Shown piece after piece: positions 9,515-19,638 of a stretch of DNA of 64,000 nt. The translations under genes were made by a program, and so were the position numbers. The stretch spans positions 22,603-86,602 of the forward strand of contig CAVZSQ010000027.1 in NCBI GenBank assembly GCA_963777955.1, read 5' to 3'. This DNA comes from Calditrichia bacterium. GTDB taxonomy: Bacteria > Calditrichota > Calditrichia > JAJRVZ01. A model generated the notes under the pieces. The model searched no databases, was not told where the DNA came from, and saw only the letters and a program-made list of their open reading frames with translations. Within the stretch, counting starts at the first letter, position 1. Every line of letters starts with the position of its first letter.

Positions 9515-11665
9515 ATGAGATTCAGATCACTTCTTTTGTGGGTAGTGTTTATTTTATTTATTCAGCAAAATTATAGTTTTGCCTATAATTATCTGGTGGT
9601 GCAGGATCCCCGCCGATCCTGGTACTCTTATGATGGAACAATTGAGGAAGCTGTAGTATCGGTACACCCTTCGGGTGTATATATGGAAATCGGCTTGTAT
9701 CTGACTTTTTCAGCCAGGGGTACTTCGTTTGGCAGCAGCGATACCCTGGAAATCCAATTTTATTTTGATCTGCCCGAGCAGGCGATTGTGCATGATTTAT
9801 GGTTATGGGTCGGTGACGATATCATGCGGGCGGTAATAATGGATAAGTGGAAAGCATCATCCATTTATGAAAATATTGTCAAAAGGAGAAGAGATCCTGC
9901 CATATTATTTAAGGATTATGAAAATCAATATCAATTGAGAATTTATCCCATGCCCGGCAATCAGCAGCGAAAAATCAAATTGACTTATCTGGTGCCGGCC
10001 CAATGGTTTTCCAATTCGGTCAGTATTCCCTTACCGGTTAATATGTTGACAGTCTCTTATTCTCCACTGGATTACCTGAAGATACTTTTTTGGCCCGATC
10101 AGGAATGGCTGAATCCGGAGATCGTTGAAGCGCCGGAACAGTCATTCACCGTGAACGAAGATAGTCTGTCCAATACATATTATTCGCTTAGATTACCTTT
10201 CGGGTATAGTATCTCGTCGTTGAATCTAGCGGTGGACTCGCCCTTAAAGGATGGAATCTATCTAAGTTGCCGGGCTGGAGACGAAGAAAATTATTATCAA
10301 TTGGTGCTCATTCCTGCCCAGGTGCTGGATATATCATCCCAGCGAAAGTTTACATTATTATTTGATTATGAGATCAATAATTCATCCCTCTCGACCCAGG
10401 AAATTATCTCCACGGTCAGACATTTACTGCATCAACAACTGGTACCAACGGATTCTTTCAATCTCTTTTTTTCCGGTTTACCGGTCAGGAGTGCAGGAGA
10501 AAACTGGTTTAGCGGTGATTCCAGCAGTATTGAAGCCGCCTTTTCAAATGTTGGCAGCGATCCATTTTCAAGTTATAGTAATTTACCCGCATTATTAACC
10601 AGCGCTATACAATTTATACAATCTCACGGAGGTGCAGGGAGTATGCTGCTGGTCGCCGCTTCTGATCAGCTGGGGGATTATCAGGCGGCAAATCCCTTTA
10701 TTAAAGATCTGCTCGATTTGATGCAGCCGGTTATACCCGTTCATGTCATGGATATTCAGGATCAGAATTATTCATATTATTATATCGGCAGCCGCTACTT
10801 CTATGGTAATGAATATTTTTATGAAAATATCACCAAGCAAACCGGCGGTAATTATAACCGTTTGTCGTGGGAAACATCATTCAGCAGCATATTCAGTAAG
10901 GCGTTGAACGGCTTGAGCGGATCAGTCACTTCGCTTGATCTGTATACAACAATGCAAAATGGTTTTTGCTATGGCAGATTCAATTTATGGCCGCTCAATA
11001 AACCTGTCTACCTGGATCAACCGCTGGTCCAGTTGGGTAAGTATGTCGGAGATTTCCCGTTTGAAATTAAGACCTCCGGAATGTACAAATCCGAACCGTT
11101 TACCTCCGCTGTTCAATTATCGCCAGAGCAGGCTTCGGCAGGGGATAGTCTGGTAATTGAAACCTGGACAGGTACCTATATTCAGTATCTGGAATCACAG
11201 GAACAGTCAAACGAACTTATAACCGAGATAATCGATTATAGCATCAAAGAGAGAATTTTATCATTGTACACTGCCTTCCTGGCCCTGGAACCAAGCGATA
11301 CGACAAAACCCTGCCTGGATTGCTATGATGAATCGGAAATGACTGCTGTGGAAAATACCGCTGTAGCAGTTGCCCGGGCAGACACATTATTAAAGGCATA
11401 TCCAAATCCTTTTAATTCGACAGTTTCAATAAAAGTGCGCTTAGCCAGAGCATATAAATCGAATGAGGTCAGTTTTAAAATATATGACATTATGGGTAAG
11501 GTGGTAAAAGAGTTTGAAATCCCGGCTTATTCTGCTGCAAATGATCTGACCATAGAATGGAATGGATTAAACGGGCAGGGCGGTATGGTGGCCAGCGGTA
11601 CATACTTTTTCGTGATGACCACGCCGGTTAAAAGATCTTCGATGAAATTATTATTACTAAAATAG
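9515..11665 (+). CDS. Large secreted protein with a VIT-like N-terminal region and a type IX secretion (Por) C-terminal sorting domain.
   Basis: A strong SD (aaggagg) precedes the ATG at 9515. There is a signal peptide (MRFRSLLLWVVFILF...). The C-terminal roughly 90 aa are a canonical T9SS C-terminal domain (YPNPFNSTVSIKV...IYDIMGKVV...SGTYFFVMT). Confidence 0.7.
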   Translation: MRFRSLLLWVVFILFIQQNYSFAYNYLVVQDPRRSWYSYDGTIEEAVVSVHPSGVYMEIGLYLTFSARGTSFGSSDTLEIQFYFDLPEQAIVHDLWLWVGDDIMRAVIMDKWKASSIYENIVKRRRDPAILFKDYENQYQLRIYPMPGNQQRKIKLTYLVPAQWFSNSVSIPLPVNMLTVSYSPLDYLKILFWPDQEWLNPEIVEAPEQSFTVNEDSLSNTYYSLRLPFGYSISSLNLAVDSPLKDGIYLSCRAGDEENYYQLVLIPAQVLDISSQRKFTLLFDYEINNSSLSTQEIISTVRHLLHQQLVPTDSFNLFFSGLPVRSAGENWFSGDSSSIEAAFSNVGSDPFSSYSNLPALLTSAIQFIQSHGGAGSMLLVAASDQLGDYQAANPFIKDLLDLMQPVIPVHVMDIQDQNYSYYYIGSRYFYGNEYFYENITKQTGGNYNRLSWETSFSSIFSKALNGLSGSVTSLDLYTTMQNGFCYGRFNLWPLNKPVYLDQPLVQLGKYVGDFPFEIKTSGMYKSEPFTSAVQLSPEQASAGDSLVIETWTGTYIQYLESQEQSNELITEIIDYSIKERILSLYTAFLALEPSDTTKPCLDCYDESEMTAVENTAVAVARADTLLKAYPNPFNSTVSIKVRLARAYKSNEVSFKIYDIMGKVVKEFEIPAYSAANDLTIEWNGLNGQGGMVASGTYFFVMTTPVKRSSMKLLLLK

Positions 11666-11769
11666 GGAGAAAGAGAATAAAAAATATAAGCGAAGTTAAT
11701 TTCTCACTCTATCGTCAACAGGCCATCGGGATTTATCAGGCTGCTCTGGCTGCTGTTGATTCATATCAG

Positions 11770-12936
11770 TTGATCCATAACCGCATCCAGCGCCGGGTTG
11801 AACATCTAATTCTTCCCGGCAACCTTATCCTGGTTTTAAAATCGTTTGAGCATGTACATATTTTAGGGATGGGCAAGGGTTGTGCGGCAATGGCCCGGGC
11901 CCTGGAAGAAATACTCGGTGATTTTCTGAGCGGCGGACAGATCATTGTGAAATATGGGCACACCGACCGGCTGACCAGGATAGTTCAATTTCAGGCCGGA
12001 CATCCGCTGCCGGATGCAAACTCGTTAAAGGCAACTCAACAATTACTGGATTATACAACCCAATTTTCTCCACGTGATCTCGTCTTCGTGCTGATCAGCG
12101 GCGGCGGATCTGCCTTACTGGAGTCCCTGCCGGAGGGTATAAGCCTGAATGATCTGATCGATCTTAACCGTCAACTGCTGCAATCTGCCGCTACCATTCA
12201 TGAAATAAACTGCATACGCAAACATATTTCCAAGGTGAAAGGGGGACAATTGCTGCGGCATATCGTCCCCGCCCGCTGTGTTGCCCTGATCCTGTCCGAT
12301 GTGGTTGGTGATGATATTTCGGTTATTGCTTCTGGTCCAACCGTACCCGACCCCTCCAGTTATACCGATACTGTTCACGTTCTGCAAAAGTACAATATTC
12401 TGACTGAAATACCTGTTTCAATCAGGTCGTATCTGGAACGGGGGGATGCTGCGCAGATTGCGGAAACACCAAAACCGGGGGATAAGATTTTCGCCCGGGT
12501 GCAGAACATCCTGATCGGTAATAACAAGTTGGCTCTGGCTGCAGCCGGACAGAAAGCAAAGGAACTGGGTTTCAATACATCAATTCTATCTTCTGAAATT
12601 CAGGAACCGCTGGAACAGGTGGCAGTAAAGATCGCCCGGATCATCAGCGAAATACAGGAAACCGATAAACCTGTACCAAGACCAGCTTGCCTGTTGCTGG
12701 GCGGTGAACCGCTGGTCAGGGTAAAGGGCCAGGGGAAAGGGGGCCGGAATCAGCATCTGGCGCTGCTGGTCGCCGATCTGCTGCGGGAAAATAAAAAACC
12801 ATTCCTGTTCCTGAGTTGCGGAACAGACGGAACGGATGGTCCGACCGATGCCGCCGGTGCCATGGTGACTTCACAGACTTTGATTGCAGGCCGGGAAATG
12901 GGATTAAATGCCCGGAGCATTTTTGGAGAATTATGA
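11770..12936 (+). CDS. Glycerate 2-kinase (MOFRL family, GckA/TtuD-like). The true start is probably upstream of the TTG chosen by the ORF track.
   Basis: MOFRL motifs are present (LISGGGSALLE, IRKHISKVKGG, SDVVGDD, LSCGTDGTDGPTDAAG). The frame is open back to 11632 and encodes N-terminal-like sequence (AIGIYQAALAAVDSY), but no ATG is present. Confidence 0.75.
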   Translation: MIHNRIQRRVEHLILPGNLILVLKSFEHVHILGMGKGCAAMARALEEILGDFLSGGQIIVKYGHTDRLTRIVQFQAGHPLPDANSLKATQQLLDYTTQFSPRDLVFVLISGGGSALLESLPEGISLNDLIDLNRQLLQSAATIHEINCIRKHISKVKGGQLLRHIVPARCVALILSDVVGDDISVIASGPTVPDPSSYTDTVHVLQKYNILTEIPVSIRSYLERGDAAQIAETPKPGDKIFARVQNILIGNNKLALAAAGQKAKELGFNTSILSSEIQEPLEQVAVKIARIISEIQETDKPVPRPACLLLGGEPLVRVKGQGKGGRNQHLALLVADLLRENKKPFLFLSCGTDGTDGPTDAAGAMVTSQTLIAGREMGLNARSIFGEL

Positions 12937-13263
12937 TGCGTACAATTTTTTTGATCCATTAAATTTGTTGATCAAGACTGGACCTACCCTTACTAATGTG
13001 ATGGACCTGATGATAGTTATGGTGCCGTAAATGAGGCAAAAAGGCCAAAGGCGAAAGGTTAAAGGGTAAAGGGTTGTAGGAGGCGCTTCCCAGCGCCGAT
13101 TGTTTGGTAGCTGCAAGCCTTTGGATTGCGGCACATTACTATTTGCCTGTTGATAAACGTGATAGGGATCAGACATCAGAAATTTTTTTTATCCCGTTTA
13201 AGTTAAATAGTTACGCAAAGAAGTGTAACGCAGGAATGATTAAACAAAACATGTATCTTTTAA

Positions 13264-13878
13264 ATGAATAACTCATCTATATCAAATAGGGCCGGTAACA
13301 CGGACGAATCAATAATTGTCCGCAAAGCCAAACAAGGAGATCAACAGGCCCTGGCAGAGCTGGTCACCCTCTATAGTGAACGAATCTATAATCTGGCCCT
13401 GCGCATTCTGCGCAACAAAGAAGATGCCGAAGATGTTCTGCAGGAAACGTTTATGACAGTTCTTGAAAAGATAGCGACTTTTGATGAGCGTTCCGCTTTT
13501 TTTACCTGGATTTACCGGATTGCCACCAATGCCAGCCTGATGAAATTGCGCCGGAAAAAAATCGCCTCTACCGAATACCTGGATCATCCGGATTTTGAAC
13601 AAGGCCGGGAAAATAAAATCCTGCAGGATTGGAGTCGGAATCCGGCGCTTACGCTCGATGACCAGGAAGTAAAAAAAGTACTGGATCAGGCCATCAATGA
13701 TTTAGCCGAAATTTACCGCACGGTTTTTGTGCTGCGGGATATTGAAGATCTGTCGATCCGGGATACTGCCAAAATTCTGGATATTTCCGAAGAGAATGTC
13801 AAAATCAGGCTCAGGCGGGCCCGCATATTTTTGCGTGACAGGTTATCTGAATATTTTAGCGAAAGGGTACAGATATGA
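13264..13878 (+). CDS. ECF-type RNA polymerase sigma factor.
   Basis: Sigma-70 region 2 (EDAEDVLQETFMTVL, FFTWIYRIATNASL) and region 4 (IRDTAKILDISEENVKIRLRRAR) are present. Its stop overlaps the start of a small ZAS-type anti-sigma gene. Confidence 0.85.
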   Translation: MNNSSISNRAGNTDESIIVRKAKQGDQQALAELVTLYSERIYNLALRILRNKEDAEDVLQETFMTVLEKIATFDERSAFFTWIYRIATNASLMKLRRKKIASTEYLDHPDFEQGRENKILQDWSRNPALTLDDQEVKKVLDQAINDLAEIYRTVFVLRDIEDLSIRDTAKILDISEENVKIRLRRARIFLRDRLSEYFSERVQI

Positions 13879-14117
13879 GTCATCACCACCCTGAAGAGGT
13901 TATTAAAAAGGTCTGCGAGCAGATGGGAGAGGATTTGGAGGCGCCGTTCTGCAAGGAAGTAACCGATCACCTGAAAGAATGCCCAACCTGCAAAATCTAT
14001 TTTGATACAGTCAAAAAAACCGTTGTTTTATGCCGGGAAATGGACGAACAACAGCATCTGCCGGCAGAAGTGCACCAGAGATTGATGAAAGTATTGCGGC
14101 TGGACAGAAAAGCGTGA
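13875..14117 (+). CDS. Zinc-binding (ZAS-type, RsrA/ChrR-like) anti-sigma factor.
   Basis: 80 aa, translationally coupled to the ECF sigma gene (ATGA overlap). A conserved H-x3-C-x2-C motif (HLKECPTC) and additional Cys residues are present. Confidence 0.65.
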   Translation: MSHHHPEEVIKKVCEQMGEDLEAPFCKEVTDHLKECPTCKIYFDTVKKTVVLCREMDEQQHLPAEVHQRLMKVLRLDRKA

Positions 14118-14186
14118 TTCTATTTTGTATCTTTTTGGCGCGGCCCGCATCAAATAGTTTAGTTAAATAGAAGGAGGTCTTGGACC

Positions 14187-14513
14187 ATGAAACCTGTACA
14201 TATAACCGATGCTACCTTTGAAAACGAAGTAATAAAATCCGATATCCCGGTATTAGTGGATTTCTGGGCTCCCTGGTGCGGACCCTGTCAGATGATCGCT
14301 CCGGTTATCGATGAACTGGCAACAGAATTTGAAGGTAAAGTTAAAATCACCAAAATGAATACCGATGAAAATTCTACCGCTTCACGCTTCGGGATCAGGG
14401 GTATACCCACCTTGCTGATCTTCAAACAAGGGCAGGTGGTTGACCATATTGTTGGCGCTGTTCCCAAGAGTACGATTTCAGAGAAATTGAAGTACTATAC
14501 TCAGGCTGCCTGA
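14187..14513 (+). CDS. trxA: Thioredoxin.
   Basis: 108 aa with a WCGPCQ active site. A strong SD (aaggagg) is present. Confidence 0.9.
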   Translation: MKPVHITDATFENEVIKSDIPVLVDFWAPWCGPCQMIAPVIDELATEFEGKVKITKMNTDENSTASRFGIRGIPTLLIFKQGQVVDHIVGAVPKSTISEKLKYYTQAA

Positions 14514-14601
14514 AAAAATTTTAATGTTTTTTTGTAAATTTGTGATGGTATCGATGGCTTGTATAAATTAGATTACATTACTTTTGATTCAGGAGCAGAT
14601 A

Positions 14602-15168
14602 ATGTCGAGAAAGTCAATTTACCTCTACACATTAATCGGGCTGATAGTGGTTTTATTCGGTTATTTCTACTTTAGTGGAAATAATGCTAATACCAGTACA
14701 GCGATTGCTGCCGGTTATGAAACTATGAATCCGGCGGTAAACCAGCAGGAAAAAACCTATCCAGCGGCACCGGATTTTAATTTAAAGGACCTGGATGGCA
14801 AATTTGTACGTCTGAGTGACCAGAAGGGCAAGGTTGTACTTATCGATTTCTGGGCAACCTGGTGTCCGCCCTGCCGCAAGGGTATTCCGGAATTGATCGA
14901 AATGCAGCAGGAATATGGCTCCGACAAATTTATTGTTCTGGGCATCAATCTTGATCAGGAAGAAGCCAAAGTGGTTATGGATTTTGCTAAAAATTATCAG
15001 ATCAACTATCCGGTATTATTCTATACTCCCGATGTGGTTGCCGCCTATGGCGGTATTGAAGCTATTCCTACATCTTTCGTTGTGGATAAAGAAGGCAAGG
15101 TCCGGACCTGGGTTCAGGGTTACCGGCCCAAGATATTCTTTACCAGGCTTATCGATTCCCTATTATAA
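14602..15168 (+). CDS. TlpA/ResA-like periplasmic thiol:disulfide oxidoreductase (membrane anchored).
   Basis: An N-terminal TM anchor is followed by a thioredoxin fold with a WCPPC active site. The start at 14602 has an SD (aggag). Confidence 0.8.
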   Translation: MSRKSIYLYTLIGLIVVLFGYFYFSGNNANTSTAIAAGYETMNPAVNQQEKTYPAAPDFNLKDLDGKFVRLSDQKGKVVLIDFWATWCPPCRKGIPELIEMQQEYGSDKFIVLGINLDQEEAKVVMDFAKNYQINYPVLFYTPDVVAAYGGIEAIPTSFVVDKEGKVRTWVQGYRPKIFFTRLIDSLL

Positions 15169-15190
15169 TCAAGATAGGCAGGTATTCTAA

Positions 15191-15226
15191 AAGGGTGTCA
15201 GGATTTCCTGACGCCCTTTTTTTTTA
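15191..15226 (+). terminator. Rho-independent terminator (GC hairpin plus T9).
   Basis: The hairpin is GGGTGTCAGGA-tt-TCCTGACGCCC followed by TTTTTTTTT, immediately after the tlpA-like stop. Confidence 0.65.
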
Positions 15227-15229
15227 CTT

Positions 15230-15260
15230 CACCTCCGAGGTTCTTCAAACCTCGGAGGTG
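15230..15260. repeat. Palindromic hairpin element CACCTCCGAGG-n9-CCTCGGAGGTG (REP-like). The second copy is at 33255-33279.
   Basis: An 11-bp perfect inverted repeat. The same core CTCCGAGGTG...CACCTCGGAG recurs between convergent genes at 33.2 kb. Confidence 0.5.
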
Positions 15261-15322
15261 GATGATGTGGAAATTAGGTCTAAATTTCCCTACATTTCAC
15301 TATACATTCAGGAGGGAGAATT

Positions 15323-15814
15323 ATGTTCAATATAGAAAATTATCAAAAAGTGAACCTGATACTCTGGATAGCCATCCTGAGCGGTGTAATAGTTTTAACT
15401 GTAATTGCACTGGTTATAAATAAATTACAGCCGTTCGAACAGGATCTTAATCTTCCGGTATTGAGTGAAATCCTGTTTGGACTGGCAATAGTTATTGCCA
15501 TCGCTATTCTGGTTTTAAAAAGATCACTCTTCCGTCTGGACAGGATCATAGAACAAGGTTCCGGGCTGCCTCAGCCCGAAGCAAAGGTAAATTATGTTCT
15601 GACGCAACTGCGCCGCAATTACATAATTATCTGGGCTCTGGCTGAAGCTATCGGCACAATCGGTTTCGTTTACTACATAATCACATCCAATCTGCAAAAT
15701 TATCTCTTATTTGCCCTGGTGAGCATTTTTTCTCTGGCCTCCAATTTTCCCGGTAAAGATACAATCAAAAATTGCCTGGCAAATCTGGGTTATTACGGAC
15801 CAACGCATGAATGA
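15323..15814 (+). CDS. Hypothetical membrane protein (about 4 TM).
   Basis: 163 aa hydrophobic ORF with an SD (aggaggga). No recognisable family. Confidence 0.4.
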   Translation: MFNIENYQKVNLILWIAILSGVIVLTVIALVINKLQPFEQDLNLPVLSEILFGLAIVIAIAILVLKRSLFRLDRIIEQGSGLPQPEAKVNYVLTQLRRNYIIIWALAEAIGTIGFVYYIITSNLQNYLLFALVSIFSLASNFPGKDTIKNCLANLGYYGPTHE

Positions 15815-16791
15815 TCTGTTCCAGATTATCGATAAGGCAATCTATATACCAGCCGCCGATCTTTACCTGGACGCGGGCAAACAAAAGCCGTGGGGATTCA
15901 TCTCCCATGCCCACAGTGACCACCTGGCCCGGCACCGGACTATAATCTGCACTCCCGAAACCGCACAACTGCTGAAAATACGGCTGAAAGATACAAAATA
16001 TATATCTTTGCCGTATTCACAGCCATATGTGTTAAATCAAGCGACTATAACCCTGCTTCCTGCCGGTCATATTCTGGGCTCGGCACAGATCTTCATCGAA
16101 ACAGCCAAAGGTACCATACTTTATACCGGTGATTTTCGCCTGAAACATTCACGGACTGCACAAAAGATAGACTTTGCAGCAGGCCGATGTCCTGATCATG
16201 GAGTCCACTTTTGGTTTGCCGCACTACCGTTTTCCTTCCCGTCAGAGTGTAGAAGAAGAATTATTGCAGTTACTGCAAAAAAATCTGGCCAGCGGGATTA
16301 CTCCCGTGATTTTTGCCTATTCGCTGGGCAAGAGTCAGGAAGCATTACATCTGTTGGGGAATTCTGGCCTGCCGGTTGCTGTACACGATATTATTCTCAA
16401 TTACGCCAGGGTATATGAGAAGAATGGGATCGATTTTGGCAAATTTGAAAAATTCAAAAGAAGCGATTGGCATGGAAAAATATTACTGATGCCTACCCAG
16501 GCACGTTATGAAAGATATTTTACTGAGATGGAAAATAAATTTACTATTTATCTATCCGGCTGGGGTATAGATCTTCAGGCCGCCAGCCGGTTCAAAGTGG
16601 ACCGGGTGCTGCCCTATAGCGATCACGCCGATTTCGATGAATTGATTGAATTTGCCCGGCAGGTAAATCCGCAGGTGGTCTTCTGTACCCATGGATTCGA
16701 ACAATTCATTTCGACTCTGCGTGAAAACGGATTTGATGCCAGACCTTTACAACCTGCCGCCCAGATGGCTTTATTTGAGAGTGGAAAATAA
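15807..16791 (+). CDS. Metallo-beta-lactamase-fold (beta-CASP/ligase-associated exonuclease-like) hydrolase, interrupted by a +1 frameshift near 16173-16180.
   Basis: ORFs 15807..16418 and 16174..16791 together give MBL motifs (ISHAHSDH, TGDFRL | ADVLIMESTFG, HGF...) in separate frames. It lies immediately upstream of radA. Confidence 0.6.
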
Positions 16792-18132
16792 ATGACCGCT
16801 AAACAAAAAAGTGTTTTTGTTTGCCAGAATTGCGGCTATGAGTCGGCCAAGTGGCTGGGCAAGTGTCCTGAATGCGGTAACTGGAGCAGTTTTGAGCAGG
16901 AAGTCCGTAAAACCGAAGTCAGGAAACCTGCGGGGCTGAAGAAATCTGACAAGCTGGTAAAATTGCTGCAAACTCCGGCTGAATCTCTGCAGCGGTTTTC
17001 AACCGGTATTGATGAACTGGACCGCACCCTGGGCGGGGGTATTGTACCGGGATCGGTGATCATGATCGGCGGTGATCCCGGGATCGGTAAATCCACGCTG
17101 ATGCTGCAGATGCTCAATGAAATCAAATCGCTCAGCACTTCTCTGTACATATCCGGAGAAGAATCTGATTCGCAGATCAATTTGCGGGCACGCAGGTTGA
17201 ACATTAAGAATGATCACATTATGTTCAGCAGTGAAACCAACTTACAGAATATGCTGCAGGATTTCGATAGCGTCAAACCCCAATTAATAATCATCGATTC
17301 AATCCAGACTATTTATCATGAACAGATTGATTCCATCCCCGGCAACATCAGTCAGTTGCGAACCTGCACATCCGAATTGCTGCGTTATGCCAAGAGCAAT
17401 AATGTGCCGATTGTGCTGATCGGTCATGTCACCAAGGAAGGCAGTATTGCCGGCCCCAAGGTACTGGAGCATATGGTTGACACGGTACTTTACTTTGAGG
17501 GTGATAATCATTACGATTACCGCATCCTGCGCAGTGTGAAAAACCGTTTTGGACCGGTCAATGAGATCGGTTTGTTTCGGATGAGCGAGGAAGGGCTGCT
17601 TGGCGTAAAAAATCCTTCTGAAATTTTTCTCTCGGCCAATTATCCTCCCCAGTCCGGAAATGCCATCGTGGCGGTGATGGAAGGAAACCGCTCATTCCTG
17701 GTTCAGGTACAGGCTCTGGTCACTAAAACGCAATTTGGATTGCCGCAGCGGACGGCTACCGGTATTGATCACCGGCGGATGAATCTGCTGCTGGCGGTGC
17801 TGGAAAAACGCTGTGCCAAGCCGTTTGGATTTTACGACGTGTTTGTCAAGGTGGCCGGGGGTCTGCGGGTCGATGAGCCGGCCGCCGATCTCGGGATTTG
17901 CATGGCATTGCTTTCCAGTTTTGATGATCGGATTTTGCCGGTGGGCACGGCTTATATAGGCGAAGTCGGCCTGGGTGGAGAAATCCGTAATGTCCGGCGG
18001 TTGACTGACCGGATTATGGAAGCACAAAAACTGGGATTTCAGACAATTGTTGTGCCCCGTCTGACCAAATCATTGGGCAAACTGGAAAAGGCAAAAATAA
18101 AAGAAGTGGAACACCTTTCGGAATTAATATAG
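16792..18132 (+). CDS. radA: DNA repair protein RadA/Sms.
   Basis: An N-terminal C4 zinc finger (CQNCGYESAKWLGKCPECGNW), Walker A GGDPGIGKST, the KNRFG motif, and a Lon-protease-like C-terminal domain are present. Confidence 0.9.
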   Translation: MTAKQKSVFVCQNCGYESAKWLGKCPECGNWSSFEQEVRKTEVRKPAGLKKSDKLVKLLQTPAESLQRFSTGIDELDRTLGGGIVPGSVIMIGGDPGIGKSTLMLQMLNEIKSLSTSLYISGEESDSQINLRARRLNIKNDHIMFSSETNLQNMLQDFDSVKPQLIIIDSIQTIYHEQIDSIPGNISQLRTCTSELLRYAKSNNVPIVLIGHVTKEGSIAGPKVLEHMVDTVLYFEGDNHYDYRILRSVKNRFGPVNEIGLFRMSEEGLLGVKNPSEIFLSANYPPQSGNAIVAVMEGNRSFLVQVQALVTKTQFGLPQRTATGIDHRRMNLLLAVLEKRCAKPFGFYDVFVKVAGGLRVDEPAADLGICMALLSSFDDRILPVGTAYIGEVGLGGEIRNVRRLTDRIMEAQKLGFQTIVVPRLTKSLGKLEKAKIKEVEHLSELI

Positions 18133-18319
18133 ATTTAATTTAATCAATACCGATTTGTGTATGTCATCCCGGCGAAAGCCGGGATCTCTCTGAATCAAAA
18201 TAGTAATAGCTCTCAGATCAAACCTGGGATGATACTCTTGACATTCCTTAATCTCCGTTTGATCAATTGCCTTGGCATATTAATTTTTATAAATTAAACA
18301 TCAACTTATAAATTAACCT

Positions 18320-19614
18320 ATGTCAACAGCAAGCATACAAACCCTGGGTTGCCGGTTGAATCAGGCCGAAAGCGCCATCATTGCCAAATCGCTTAAAAAT
18401 GCCGGTTATGAAATTGTAACTGATGATCAACCCGCTGATTTAACCGTTATAAACACCTGTACGGTCACCGAACAGGCAGATGCCAAATGCCGGCAGGCGG
18501 TGCGCAAAGCCTTACGCCTGCAACCGGATGCCTATGTGGCCGTGGTGGGCTGTTATGCTCAATTGTCCGTGGAAACAATTCGCAGCATTAAGGGTGTGGA
18601 CCTGATCATCGGCAATGAGCATAAATTAAAACTGGCGGATTATCTCAACGGATTACAAAAAGCAACGCGGCCGCAGGTGGTTCATTCTGCGAAAATCAGC
18701 CGTGCCGAATTTACCATCGAAAGTACCGGACTATATGCTAATGAAACCCGCGCAAATCTTAAGATCCAGGATGGCTGTAACTTTGTCTGCAATTTTTGTA
18801 TTATTCCCGCAGCCCGCGGACCTGCCCGCAGCAGAAAAATAAATGATATCGTGCGTGAAGCAGCCCAACTGGTCGAAGCCGGGCATCAGGAACTGGTACT
18901 CACCGGTGTGAATATCGGTACTTATCGTTCTGAAGATCACGATATCCTGACTGTAATCCGGGCGCTGGAAAAAATTGAAAATTTAAAACGTATCCGCATA
19001 AGTTCGATCGAACCTACCACCATCTCTGAGGATCTGCTCCGCTGCATGGCCGATTCGGAAAAACTTTGCCGGCATTTGCATCTTCCACTGCAGAGCGGCG
19101 ATGATCAGGTTCTGCAATCCATGCGCCGCAAGTACACTGCCGCCGAATTTGCCGATTTTATAATGATGGCTTATCAAACAGTTCCCGATATAGGCATCGG
19201 CACCGATGTTTTGGTCGGTTATCCCGGTGAAGGAGAACGTGAATTCATCAATACCAAGAAATTGCTGGCCGATCTGCCGGTTTCATATTATCATGTTTTT
19301 TCCTATTCCGACCGTAAGGGCACCGGCTCGTACAAATTGCAGCCCAAGGTTCCTGCATCAGGCTTAAGAAACTGCGTACCCGGATTATGATCGAACAGGG
19401 TCAGCGCCGAAGGTATACATTCTGTGAGAGTCACCTGGGTACCAACGCTATGGTTTTATTTGAGCAGCAACATGTTGACGGGAACTGGACGGGTTACACA
19501 GCAAATTATATGAATGTGGAAGTTAATAGTTCTGAAAACCTGCATAATAAACTACTGCCGGTAACATTTATAGGAATAACTGAACGAAGTATTGTCGGGA
19601 AATTAAAGGAGTAA
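18320..19614 (+). CDS. mtaB: Radical-SAM methylthiotransferase, MtaB-like (tRNA t6A37 methylthiotransferase), interrupted by a -1 frameshift near 19358-19362.
   Basis: MTTase N-domain (TLGCRLNQAES), radical SAM CNFVCNFCIIP (CxxxCxxC), and a TRAM domain are present. ORF 19387..19614 carries the TRAM end in another frame. KKLRTRIMIEQGQRR continues the upstream protein after a one-base deletion. Confidence 0.75.
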
Positions 19615-19638
19615 ATTTAAAAAATAAGGGAGGAAATT

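Noticed and set aside
12931-13176. 81-aa minus-strand ORF in the glycerate-kinase / ECF-sigma intergenic region
   Set aside because: No RBS. It overlaps pentamer repeat tracts (AAAGG-like). More likely non-coding.
17692-18027. 111-aa antisense ORF within radA
   Set aside because: It overlaps the highly conserved radA CDS.
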